A stretch of DNA of 64,000 bases from the human T2T-CHM13v2.0 reference genome, Homo sapiens: the NCBI RefSeq assembly GCF_009914755.1, contig NC_060936.1, one strand, 5' to 3'. Under the pieces are notes generated by a model. The model did not search any database and was not told the origin of the DNA. It was given only the letters and a program-made list of their open reading frames with translations. This document shows positions 1 through 18,479 of this stretch, one piece after another (the first letter of the stretch is position 1; every line of letters begins with the position of its first letter). Made by a program: the position numbers and the translations under genes.

Positions 1-871
1 GGACATGCCTCACTGAATACTAGAAGCACAGATACACTTACATGCAAGAGATGAAACTGTCCAGCTCCCGCCAGGCATAGAAAAAAGGAAGGAGGTGAGG
101 AAAGAGTGGAGAGTACAGGGTCTAATCCTTCCTGGACAGGTCACCTAGTCAGGAAAGAAAAGCAGGAGAGAACAGAGATGTCCAGTAGCTACAGCAAGAT
201 GCACAGGCACACTGAGCAAGTTCTGAGCCAATGGCAGCTATAAGGAATAATGATGCAGGAGATCATCAATATCTAGGCCACATTCCATCACTTGGTCCTA
301 GTATCAGTACCTGCTCAAGCAGAGCCCCTCCCACTTGGGATTCTGTATTCCTTTAGGCTGAAATCCCTAGCCCTTTGACTACAGTCTGACTGCTTCAAAA
401 CTTGCAAAGTTCAATTATGAGTTTATCATTAAGTGGCACCTTTCTTTCGCTCTTGGCATAAGATGGGTATTTGAAACACTACATACCCATTCACTTAGGA
501 CACTTGCCTCATACACTAGTGGGGTGAGGTGGGTATTTAGTTCCTTATATAAACCATATCTTGAATATCACAGCATGGTCACCTTGTGGTGGCTTGTGAA
601 CTACCACACACCACTTCTAGGCAACTTAACAATCTGCTTTTATACAGTTTATATGGTTCTGCATATGATTTCCTTTGAAAAGGGCCCCATGTCAAAAAGA
701 AAAATATGAAATCCACTGAAGCAGGTAGGTAAGGGGTAGGAAATGGTTGAGGCCATCTCTTAAAAAACTCTTAACCCTATCATCCTTTAACAAAAGCCAT
801 TCCTAAGGGACAGGAAGAAGGTAGAACTTTCCTCTTGCGTCTAAGTCACATCTTAAAAGGTAAAACAGGCA

Positions 872-1475
<604 letters not shown>

Positions 1476-1635
1476 GGCAAAACACTTACCGAAGAGGCGA
1501 AGACTTTGGAGCCCTAGGCTTTTTGCTTGGCCTGCTTGAGTAGATGGGGCTCACCAGGTTTGATGGAGAGAGAACGTCTGTTGAGTAATCCCTATCTTCC
1601 ATACCCAAAAGAAAGAAGCCATCTTTCATCCTCAC

Positions 1636-1792
1636 CTTTCCCCTGATCAAGGCTTTCAAAGCAATCCGTGCAATTAGGTAGGACCAGATGACATGCAGAA
1701 GCTGTAGGGTCAGCAGCAGGCCATTGAGGAGCCACCATGAAGCATAAGGCCCGATTATCTCCCAACTCTCAAAGAGGGTCGTGTTCAGAATC
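1636..1792 (-). CDS. CERS5: CERS5 exon 9 ([16 protein letters not shown]...ALIRGK); the final exon lies outside the window
   Basis: ttctag| acceptor, AAG|gtgagg donor, 157 nt; cumulative CDS 1029 nt = 343 codons. Confidence 0.96.
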
Positions 1793-2171
1793 CTAGAAGA
1801 GGGAGGCCAATAGTCAGATTCTAGAGTCAAAGCTCAGCAGACAGGGATGAAGCTGAGTCCTGGGGATGCAGAGCCCTGTGTGTTTTCCTACCAGCCCTTT
1901 TATCAGCTGAAGTTCCAGGGACCGTCATCCACAGTAAGAAAATAAAGAAAGGGAGGAGCCTGTTGTGTTTTCTATCCTTAGGGACAGAGAAAGATATATA
2001 AATCTTAGGAACTGATGGATTAAGTCACATTATTAATCACTTCAAATATCCAGAGTTTCACGAAATTAGGACAGCAGTGGGACTCTAATCCTATGAATGA
2101 CTGAGCTCCTCAGGCACATATAGGATAGGACAGTAGGTAGCTGATTCCCATAGAGCAGTGAATGTAAAAGT

Positions 2172-2388
2172 GAAAGGAGACAGGGAGAGAGAGGAGAGGG
2201 AGGGAGGGAGAGAGAGGAGAGGGAGGGAGAGAGAGAGGAGGGAGGGAGAGGGGAGGGAGGGAGAGAGAGGAGAGGGAGGAAGAGAGAGAGGAGAGGGAGG
2301 GAGAGAGAGGAGGACAGGGAGGGAGAGAGAGAGGAGGGAGGGAGAGGGGAGGGAGGGAGAGAGAGGAGAGGGAGGAAGAGAGAGAGAG

Positions 2389-2428
<40 letters not shown>
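2172..2428. repeat. Polypurine (GA-rich) tract followed directly by (GT)n
   Basis: ~220 nt of almost pure G/A with internal duplication, then ~19 GT units at 2391-2428. Confidence 0.95.
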
Positions 2429-2429
<1 letters not shown>

Positions 2430-2809
2430 AGGGTTGGGACCAGAGCAGGAACACAAGCAAGAAGGGACTGAGAATTGTATCAACAGTGCAAAAGAAGTCA
2501 AAGGAATTACTTAGGCATAAAATGAGGACTGTTCCTCAGAGATGAGTCAGTCCTGAGAAGCCAACCAAGCCGGGTACTCTGAGTCTGGATCCGACCTTGC
2601 TAGAAATATGGTCTGAGGCAGCAGAGGTCCTATGAGAGTCCACAGAAGGTCAGCACAGGCTAAGGTAAAAGCAGGGCAATAGGGTTCTTGTGTTCTATTG
2701 GCGAAAGTAGAATAGAATAGAACAGAAAAACTGAATGGGCAAAATGAGAATTGGCAAAAAGGTATCATTAGGCTCATACCTACCACAACTCTACAGCCCT
2801 ACCACTTAC

Positions 2810-2916
2810 CAGAATGGATAGATTCCTAGTCGTGTAACCATAAAAACAGCACTGAAGATCACAAAAAGGGTGTCACAGAGCCGCTGATACTTGGCATAAT
2901 TGGCCAGTTTGGCTGC
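2810..2916 (-). CDS. CERS5: CERS5 exon 8 ([36 protein letters not shown])
   Basis: ctccag| acceptor, TG|gtaagt donor, 107 nt. Confidence 0.97.
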
Positions 2917-3018
2917 CTGGAGAAAGGAAGAAAGAATTGAGCTGGGGAGAAAGTCATTCCTCACATAGGAAGAAAAGAAGAGAAGAAGAAGATGGAGAAA
3001 GAGAGATTGGGTTTTTAC

Positions 3019-3147
3019 CTCCAGCAAGAAATCTGAGACATCATGTAGACACATGATCAGAGTTCCCACTCGAACCATATTGTTGATGTAGGAGAAGGAG
3101 ATAAGCCCAATGGTGACCAAGTGATGCACAAACATGATCAGGAAGTC
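3019..3147 (-). CDS. CERS5: CERS5 exon 7 (Lag1p motif: DFLIMFVHH...[10 protein letters not shown])
   Basis: cctag| acceptor, GAG|gtaaaa donor, 129 nt; catalytic HH and HDxxD residues of the TLC/Lag1p motif. Confidence 0.97.
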
Positions 3148-3240
3148 CTAGGAAGGAATGGAAATAGAAGAGGGAGGTAAAAGCTGGGCCCTAGAAACAC
3201 CAGCCAACCCAACGTCCTGCATTATTCTCTGAGAATCTTA

Positions 3241-3597
<357 letters not shown>

Positions 3598-4804
3598 CTA
3601 GCATTTAACTGAACACTCCCTACATCAGTGACTGACCCATACTCTATGTTAATGCAGCTCAGAGGCCAGAAAGTAAAAATTTCCTTTGGTAACTGCAGAA
3701 TACGTATAGCATGGATGCTAAGCTGACACTTGGGGATAACATCCCAGTAAGACATACAAGCCTTAGAGTTCCCTGAGATTCTATGACTCTTCTGCTTTAA
3801 TGAGAGAAACGTCAACCACAAGGACCTAATGGAAGGGAGAGGTTTGTGGCTCTAATTTCCTCTTGGGTTCAAATGTCAAGTTAGACCTGGGGAAGTCTCT
3901 AAATACTTGAGTTATCAGACACATCTATTAAATACTTCTCAGTTTATTATTTTTAAAACTTAAATATGTATTTCAAACTTTCTTATATGTATCACAATTA
4001 AAATAAAATTTTAATAAAGTGACCTGTGTCTTCTGACCATAGGAGAGTAAAAGGCATAAAAATTGAGTATCAAGTTTCTATGTTAGATAACACTAACAAC
4101 CTGGGTAAGTTTTAATTCATTCCCATAAATGCTAACCCTGGTTTTCTTCATCAAAGATAACCCTGAGTTAGTGACAGATTAGGGTTAGAGCTGCTAGAAC
4201 CACATTATTTCAGGTAGACACTAATAAAAAGGTAAAGATTCTGCCTTTAAATGACTTAAGTTGTGTAAAACTTAAGTCATTTCCAACTCTGTCACTATCT
4301 GGGCAAGTCAGCTCACTTCTCTCAATCTTTGCTTCCTAAACAATAGCAGGAAGAGAGCAAAACCCCTTCCAATTGACTTTCTTTGAGTAAGTGGGGTAAC
4401 CAGAAAGGGAGAACAGAGAGAGCAAGGGTCCCTAATGCCATGTGAAAGCCATATCCAGCTTTTCTGGAATCAGACATTTTTTCTGAATAAGGCATTGCTA
4501 TCCCCCAATTCTGACTAGTTTCCTGAGCTTTAGATATGTAAGAAGCTTAAAGAAGAATATGGAAAAAAGTATGCTTCTTAGCTGGTTAATTGTTCTCATC
4601 CTGGGGCTTCCCTGAATGTCTTAAATATACTTCATCATTAATTCAGTCTCATTTCTGGGAACATTACGACAAGCTAAGAGTCCATCAAACCCAGTTTCTC
4701 CTTTTGCAGTCTCAGGGAAGATAATACATCGTAATGGCAGTCATGGAAGCTGCTAGAAAGGAGGATGTAATAAGTTGGGGAATTGAGGGAGCCAACGTCC
4801 TTAC

Positions 4805-4897
4805 CTTTCTTTTAATGTCTGTAAACTGAGAAAACATAAGGGACCAATAGAAGGCCAATTCCATGATATAATAGTGATAAAGCCCACTTGAAAGAGG
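4805..4897 (-). CDS. CERS5: CERS5 exon 6 ([31 protein letters not shown])
   Basis: ttccag| acceptor, AAG|gtaagg donor, 93 nt. Confidence 0.96.
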
Positions 4898-5643
4898 CTG
4901 GAAGAGAGAAAGAAGTAGTTAGATTACCGGCTAGTCAAAGGTGCATTCCATCTCTCCAACTTTCTCTGCCTTGGAGGACCAATACCCCAAATTATTAGAC
5001 ATCTCTCCTCCCCATTATCTGCCAAGATATGCAATAGCTAACAGACTTTGGATTGGTGTAGAGACTTAAGCCTCTTCCCTTGCTCCTCTGCACACACATC
5101 TTCAGCTCTCATCTTGCAGAGATGAGATACAGTTAACACATACTGTAACACAATCAAATCAGTATGTCTAGGATTCTGGGCAATTAGTGCTTTTCACAGG
5201 ATTAAATACACATAGGCCTTCTCTTCCACCCCTTTAGCAGTTCCTAGACATATTTCCAGTATAGGTTACAACCAAGATGCTCTACTGGGATTCCAAGTTA
5301 CCCTTGATACAAAAAAGACACCTGAACCAGAAAGTACCTCATTAAATACCAGAAACTTGCTTTTCTTTTAGCCCAATTAGGGGGAATTAAATGGGGAAAA
5401 TCAGAACAAAAAACTCATTGGATTTCATTGCTATGGGGGCCTCAGGAATAGATACCTCATATGACTCTTAGCAGTGGGGGGGAAAAAAAAATAGATACCC
5501 TGAATATGACTTAAAGGGACTCAGTCCCTAATCCCTCAATCCCAAGGAAACGCACCATCTGTCCTGGGGACTGGCAAAGGACCCTCACTCACTCCACCTT
5601 ATACACATTCAAGACCCCTATCCTGAAACGACTCAGATCCTAC

Positions 5644-5694
5644 CTGAAATGGATAGTTATGCCAGCACTGTCGGATGTCCCAGAACCAAGGTGA
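5644..5694 (-). CDS. CERS5: CERS5 exon 5 (SPWFWDIRQCWHNYPFQ)
   Basis: tcttag| acceptor, CAG|gtagga donor, 51 nt; contains the conserved CerS WxxYP motif. Confidence 0.95.
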
Positions 5695-6039
5695 CTAAGA
5701 GAAAACAGATAATCCATGTCAGTCCTCAAGATTCTCACCTGGCTTCAAGATCTACCTCATATAATCCCCTTCTCTCTAGGCTGGGGCAAAAGAGGACAGA
5801 AAAGCCCCCAAACAGATTTTAGGGCTCCCTAAAGGATCAATAAATAGCTAGACTGTTCTTCTACAACAGAATGTTATAAATAGAAAAACAATGCTTTGAG
5901 GTAAATAAGAACAGTGAGAGCTTTAGGCTAGTTTTAGGAAATATCACTACCTGGAATATATATACAGGAAGACAATGATTCATTTGATAACCAAGAAAGA
6001 TATCTCCATGCCATGTTCAGAAGTCAAAAGTAATCATCT

Positions 6040-8060
<2,021 letters not shown>

Positions 8061-8134
8061 TTTAGAGAGAAACAGTATGGTATGGGGAAAAAAACATGAA
8101 CTAAAGAATCAAAAAGCCTAAAATTCTTCTTCCT

Positions 8135-9654
<1,520 letters not shown>

Positions 9655-10149
9655 TCATCTTTCATTAGGAAAATATTAGGCTGTATCATCAGACTCCCTA
9701 GCATTTTTCTTTACATGACAATTACTAATACAGTGCTCACAGACAGGATAATGAGAAAAAGCTCAATAAAATGAAAAATAGTATTTCCCAGAAAAGGAAT
9801 GCTTCCTAAAAATTGTCAACTTATAGCAAGCAAGCTAGTACTCCCTCTATTAAGGTATACATGTGTTAGTACATCTACTTACATAAGTACAGTTATAAGG
9901 ATTTACTCCCAATCTATTTAGGAAAAGGGAACAAAATAGAACCACACCTAGCTTAGTGGCAACATGCCCAAGAAACTTAAGGGAATCAGTGTTCCAGTTC
10001 CCTTCTTTCCTACCTATAATAGGCTGAGTTAGTTCTCTATATCCATTAACTGTTGTCCTAACAACAGAAGTGATGTTCAAAACAGAAACTTCAGTCCAGT
10101 TGTATCCCACCGTCTTCCTTATTCCCTCCCTCCCTCCTTGCGTACTTAC

Positions 10150-10280
10150 ATGCTTTCACAGAATTTAGTAAGCGTTGGGGGCTTGTCCTGATTCCTCCGA
10201 TGGCGAAACCAGCATTGGATTTTTCGGACATTCCAATCCAGCTGCTTTGACAGGCCCTCCAGCCTTTTCTTATCAGGATA
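10150..10280 (-). CDS. CERS5: CERS5 exon 3 (homeobox-like helix: [34 protein letters not shown]...)
   Basis: cacag| acceptor, |gtaagt donor, 131 nt; WFxxRR homeodomain signature. Confidence 0.97.
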
Positions 10281-11027
10281 CTGTGAATGTATAACCAGAG
10301 TCAGAACACCCGTCTCCTCATACCCCTCCTTCAATCCCATTGACTAGCTGAGCGACAAGGTATGATAGCCATAAGTGGCTCAAGTGATGTTTATCTTTCC
10401 AAGTTTTATCCCAAAGTCATTTTTAGTAAGAAATTTTATCTTACATATCAAGGACCTGTACTGCTCACCTATACATATCCTTTTGTCTCTTCCTCCAGCC
10501 CAAGCTGAGTAAAAAAGGATATTAAAAACCCAAATTGCAGGCCAGGCATGGTGGCTCATGCCTGTAATCCTGGGATTTTTGAAGGCTGAGGGCCGAAGGA
10601 TGGCTTGAGCCCAGGAGTCCGAGACCAGCCTGGGCAACATGGCAAAACCTTGTCTCTCCAAAAAACAAAAAACCCAAACTGCAAAGGCTATCAGTACTGT
10701 CTCCATCTCGATCACACAACTAGGCAGTGACAGAAACTGGAACAAGGAAAAACAAAAACCAGATATGGTATGTGTCTGGGGAAAGAGGGGTAAGGGTGGC
10801 TGCTGGGCCTAAAACTCAAACCTACTACGTACGTAAACTTGACATACGTAGGGCCCAAAGGTTTTCCCTGAGGGGATAAAGCTCTCCATATAGCTACATG
10901 GACTACTCAAATATGAAGGACCATCCCATCCTATCCTTACCCTTAGAGGTACGTGCTCTCTATCCTCCCCTGCCCCATGGAGCAACGCCTTATGTGAATA
11001 TTCCTCTCTGTTTCTTTGCCCACTTAC

Positions 11028-11133
11028 CTTGGTAATAGATATGAACACCTTTTCAAGGATGGCATTGGGTTGGGCCTGATAAGGACCACTGTCCTCGATG
11101 CCAATACGGAGTGCACAGGGTTTGGCAATAAAT
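11028..11133 (-). CDS. CERS5: CERS5 exon 2 (start of Hox-like domain; FIAKPCALRIGIEDSG...ISITK)
   Basis: ttacag| acceptor, AAG|gtaagt donor, 106 nt; frame continuous with exon 1. Confidence 0.97.
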
Positions 11134-11389
11134 CTGTAATGGAGAAAACCCACGGGCCAATTCTTTTTAAAAAAATTTTATTTATAGTTGACACATAATA
11201 ATTGTACATATTTATGGGGTACAATGTGATGTTTCAATGCATGTATACATAGTATAATGATGAAACTGGGGTAATTACCATATCCATCACTTTCAACATT
11301 TATCACTTCTTTAGGGTGACAATGTTCACCAGCCTCAGTCTCCCAAAATGCTGGGATTACAGGCGTGGGCCACTGTGCTGGCTGGAAGC

Positions 11390-11500
11390 TTTTTAGAGAT
11401 GCATAATCTTGAGCCCATCTCAGACTTGCAAAATCAGAATCTGCATTTTAACAAGATCCCCAGGTGATTCACATGTCCATTAAAATGTGAGAACCACTAA
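11390..11500. mobile_element. MER5-type hAT-Charlie fragment
   Basis: aatcagaatctgcattttaacaagatccccaggtgattc...gagaaccact resembles MER5A/B; a similar fragment lies at ~38930-39125. Confidence 0.65.
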
Positions 11501-11799
11501 TCTACTTCATAAGAATCTTGTAAGTAATTCAGTGAGATAATGTATATGAAAGACCCTGGCACAAAGGAGGTGATTAATAAATGGCAGTTTCCTTACATCA
11601 AAAGACCAAGATCTTAATTGGAGGGAAAAGTAGAACTGAGACTAAGCTCTTCCTGCATATAGATATCCTGGATCTTGGATACCTTCCTGCCTAACCAAGA
11701 GATTATGGAAATACTTAGATCTTTCAGGAGTCGAGAAGAAAGAAATCAGGAAGCTAGGAAAGGTGAGAAGGAAATCACCTATTAGCACTCTATCGTAGT

Positions 11800-11885
11800 C
11801 TCAGATCTACTAATAAGGCATATAAACTTGGTAAAATCACTTACCTCTTGGGTCTTGGTTTCATCATCTAAAAGAAGAGGTTATA
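11800..11885 (+). mobile_element. MIR core fragment hosting the CERS5 microexon
   Basis: aacttggtaaaatcacttacctcttgggtcttggtttcatcatctaaaa aligns by eye with the MIR core gaccttgggcaagttacttaacctctctgtgcctcagtttcctcatctgtaaaa. Confidence 0.7.
11845..11867 (-). CDS. CERS5: CERS5 alternative 23-nt microexon (ATG ATG AAA CCA AGA CCC AAG AG = MMKPRPK-R), inside a MIR-like element
   Basis: Acceptor cctcttcttttag| and consensus donor GAG|gtaagt. Ends in phase 2, matching exon 2. Gives a 334-aa protein, which fits my recollection of a shorter annotated CERS5 isoform. Confidence 0.8.
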
Positions 11886-12023
11886 TCAAGCAGAGTCCCA
11901 AGGATTTAAATTTTTAAAAAGAATAAAAAAGCCGGGCGTGGTGGCTCACGCCTGTAATCCCAGCACTTTGGGAGGCTGAGGCAGGAGGATCACAAGGTCA
12001 GGAGTTGGAGACCAGCCTGGTCA

Positions 12024-12293
<270 letters not shown>

Positions 12294-13652
12294 CTAAGAT
12301 TCTATGATGTTATCATTGATTGATTATAATTAATTTCCAACTTTTGAATCTTTGAAAATTGAGGAACTATTCCTTGGTTCTTCAAGAAAGATCTCACTCT
12401 CCCCCGTAATCAGAGATTTTTAAGAACATCAGCACTAGGAAAACTCTATATTGCCACTTTCAGGATAAGTCAAAACCAGTTTTAGCCCTTAGCATCTTAA
12501 GGAGTCCCATAATGAAAATATGACTGGGAGGTGTAAAATGGAGTGCCGTTAACCTATTTTCTTGAGCTGCATTTGAACCTAGAATATATTATCTCTAAAG
12601 GAGGGATTGAGAATAAGAAACTTTATCTCCCTCTATGAAAACTTTTTACCTTATCACCAAAGTTCCTGAGCCATAGAGTAATATTTATTCAGAGCATAAA
12701 TTTAGCCACAGCTGTAACACATTCTCTTTTACACCGGTGGGGGGAAAAAAAAAAATAGTTCCATTCAAAGGCCAATGCCAGTGGATACCTTAATTTACAT
12801 TTACTGGTATACTATTCTGTATACCAATAATATTTAACCCCCAACTCATGTTTAAACTCCTTGTAAACACAAATAGACTGCTTTTATATTTACCAAGGTA
12901 CTGTGCTCAGCAGTTGCTCAGTAACTGACAAGCAACATGTTTTAGTGAAACCCACTCTTGTTGTATTGGAGGTCAATTCTGACCCAAAATTAATCAGCAT
13001 TCAGAAGAGTAAATGAGGCCGTCATTCTTTGTTGTTGAGTTGATGCCATATCAGAGATAAAAATCATCTAAAAACCCTGTCTCCTCCTTTCTCCTATCGA
13101 CATAATTGCATGAAAATCCAAAGGCAGAAAACAGCCTTTCCAATTCCTACTCTTACCCCTAACCCAGGCTTCTTTAATCCAGAGGCAGTCAGCTGATTAA
13201 AACTCAGATCTGCAGTTAGACAGATTTTACCAGCTGAAAGACCTTGTGACTGTTACATACCCATAGAATGGAGATAATATCTACCTCACAGGGTTATTTT
13301 AAAGATAAAATGAAACAATGTATGCCTACACCAATACCTGACACTTAGCAAACATTCATTAAAGAGTAGCTATTATTATTTCACTAGAAACATATTTCAG
13401 TCTGGGTACTCTCTGGTACCTCCAGCAGAAAGTGAGAAGCAAGAAATACTCTTTGATATAACAGGTCTATATTCTGCTCACCTCGGTGAAGCCAATTTTA
13501 AAATTACTATTATCTGGATCATGGAGTGGACTTAACAATCTAGAATTGTCATTAGCTCACATCCTGCCCTCGTTAGTTCAGAGTTCGGTGAAAAGCATAA
13601 AGCTACTCATATCCAGTCAGTTCCAGCTATATGGAGCGTAAGAACATTTGAC

Positions 13653-14062
<410 letters not shown>

Positions 14063-14557
14063 TTAGTTATACACAGTTAATGAATTACCTTACTGAAGAA
14101 AGTGAAATTATTTGAAATTATAGCTTTTGAGAAAGTATTAATTCTACATCATACAAAAGGCTGGTATTTGGTATAACTTATAAAACAGGTATCTAGGCCA
14201 GGCGCGGTGGCTCATGCCTGTAATCCCAGCACTTTGGGAGGCTGAGGCGGGCGGATCACGAGGTCAGGAGTTCGAGACCAGCCTATCCAACATGGTGAAA
14301 CCCCATCTCTACTAAAAATACAAAAAGTTAGACAGGCGTGGTGGTGTGTGCCTGTAACCCCAGCTACTCAGGAGGCTGAAGCAGGAGAATTGCTTTTACC
14401 CAGGAGGCGGAAATTACGATGAGCTGAGATCACGCCATTGCACTCTCTCTGGCCTGGGTAACAGAGCGAGACTCCATCTCCAAAAAAAAAAAAAAAAAAA
14501 AATAGGTACCTAGGGTGGTCAATTTCCAGAGCCTGGCATTCATCATTTCTGCTACAT

Positions 14558-16238
<1,681 letters not shown>

Positions 16239-17298
16239 GTGCTAGATGATACTGACAAATTATACTTTTAGTGTGGCTTTCTGTCTTCTCCAGGATCAAT
16301 CCACATTTTAAAATAATTTGTCAGACAAGATTTTTCCTTTCCTGGCAGATTTTAGTAAGTAGGCATTTAGTGGTCTATAAAAAGAAGCTACTACTTTCCA
16401 CCTGTAACTCCAGGAACACGAGTCTAGTGACCCATCCTGACAGTATTAGATTTGTCCTGCTTTGTAGAGATCATTTCACTCTGCCCTTTTCCTGCTCTCC
16501 AGATACATGGCAGCAGTTGACCTAAGCCTGGGTTAATTAGGATGAAATTACCTAGTGCTTTCGCTTTTTCCTATCAAAGACAGGATGTATATTCACAATG
16601 CTACTTTTGTGATTCATTACACCACTGATGAATATGAATTATACACAAATAAAACCAAAGTCTAGATTAAGCTTCTCAACTATTGTGGCAAGTAACACAA
16701 ATGGGCTATACTTATGCTGAGATATTGATTTTAGCTCTCAGGGTGATCCATGGGGCCTTCGGGTAGCCAGAAACCTTTAGTCTGTAGTCTCTGGCCTCAT
16801 ATACCTTACTGTATAATGCAAATGTTATTTATGTATTTATTTAGAGACAGAGTCTCGCTCTGATGCCTAGGCTGAAGTGAAGTGTGGTGGCGTGATCTGG
16901 GCTCACTGCAACCTCCGCCTCCCAGGTTCAAGTAATTCTTGTGCCTCAGCCTCCCAAGTAGTAGCTGGGACTACAGGCGTGCACCACCATGCCCAGCTAA
17001 TTTTTGTATTTTTAGTAGAGACGGGGTTTCACCACATTGGCCAGGCTGGTCTTGAGCTCCTGACCTCAAGTGATCTGCCTGCCTCGCCTCCCAAAGTGCT
17101 GGGATTACAGGCGTGAGCCAGCATACTCAGCCACAAATGTTATTTTTTATGTGTGCAGCAATATTTCCAGATTGAGAAGTACCAGCTTAGATCAATTTCT
17201 GGAAAAATATAAAGTGCCAAAGTAGACATATAAAAAGAACAGGAGTTTAAGACCAGTCTGGGCAACATGGTGAGACCCCGTCTCTACAAAAAATTTTA

Positions 17299-17412
<114 letters not shown>

Positions 17413-18408
17413 CTACACTCCAGCCTGGGTGACAGAGTGAGACGCCATCTCCAAAACATAAAATAATGAAATAAAAAAAAGTTTGGGAGTGAAAGATGAG
17501 TTGAGTTTTGTGTATGCTGAATCTGAAGTACCCATGGGACACTGAAATGGAACTGTCTAGCATGCAAATACACTTGGAAAAGGGGCTTGGGTATGATATA
17601 TATATAGAGAGAAAGAACAGAATATACGAATACAAATGAATGAGAATGTAAGTGATAGCTAAATTTGTGGGGGTGGCTGTGATTACATATGAAAGGAATA
17701 TAAACTTAAAAGAGAACTGAGGTCAGAACGCTGGACAACATCAGCATAAAAGGTGAATTTAGGGGACAGGAAGGTCAGAGGTGGAGTTGTATCAAATAAG
17801 GGAAAGACCAAGACAAGGACTTCAGTATCTACTACATTTGGCAATTTTTGGAGATCTGTAGTAACCTTCACCAAAGAAATTCCAGTAAAATAAAGACTCT
17901 AAAACACAGCAGTGAGTTAAAGCAGTTAAAGATATAGGAGGAAAGAAGTAGAAATAGCCAAACCCTCAAGCATTTAGGCTAAGAAGAAAATGGAATGTCC
18001 TCAACTTTGGCATCAGAATCACTCAATCTAAACTAATCACATCTAAAACCAATCTCCCTGTGCTTTAGACCCACTCTTTACTGATCAGAAATTTCATTCT
18101 ACTTATCCCTCCTTCCTTCTATTATCTTCAGCCTCACTCTCAACTTTGTTCTTCTCATCAGATCTTAAACATGCTCAAGTTTTTCACATCTTAAAACAGC
18201 CCTCCCGGTCCCTAGCACCCTCTGGCCTTCCCCAAACTCACAACTAAACTCCCACACATTCCTCAACTCTCCTTTCTCTCCCCTCTGGCTTCTGTCCCTA
18301 CACTCCACTGAAGCTGTTCTTGCCAAAGTTGTCAATGATCTCCATATTGTGAAAACAAATGGATGCTTTTCAGTCCTTTATCTTACTTGACCTTTCAGCA
18401 GCATTTTA

Positions 18409-18479
18409 TTAGGTTGGTGCAAAAGTAATTCCCATTACTTTTAATGGCAAAAACCACAATTACTTTTGCACCAACCAAA
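18409..18479. mobile_element. MADE1 (Hsmar1-derived MITE) inside an L2-like region
   Basis: ttaggttggtgcaaaagtaatt...aattacttttgcaccaacc inverted repeats flanked by TA on both sides; ~9-nt deletion in the left arm. Confidence 0.92.

Noticed and set aside
2091-2514. Low-complexity ORFs on both strands
   Set aside because: Products of the GA/GT simple repeat.
13482-13539. Possible 58-nt cassette exon (GAG|gtgagc donor) in CERS5 intron 1
   Set aside because: The acceptor lacks a convincing polypyrimidine tract; not supportable from sequence alone.
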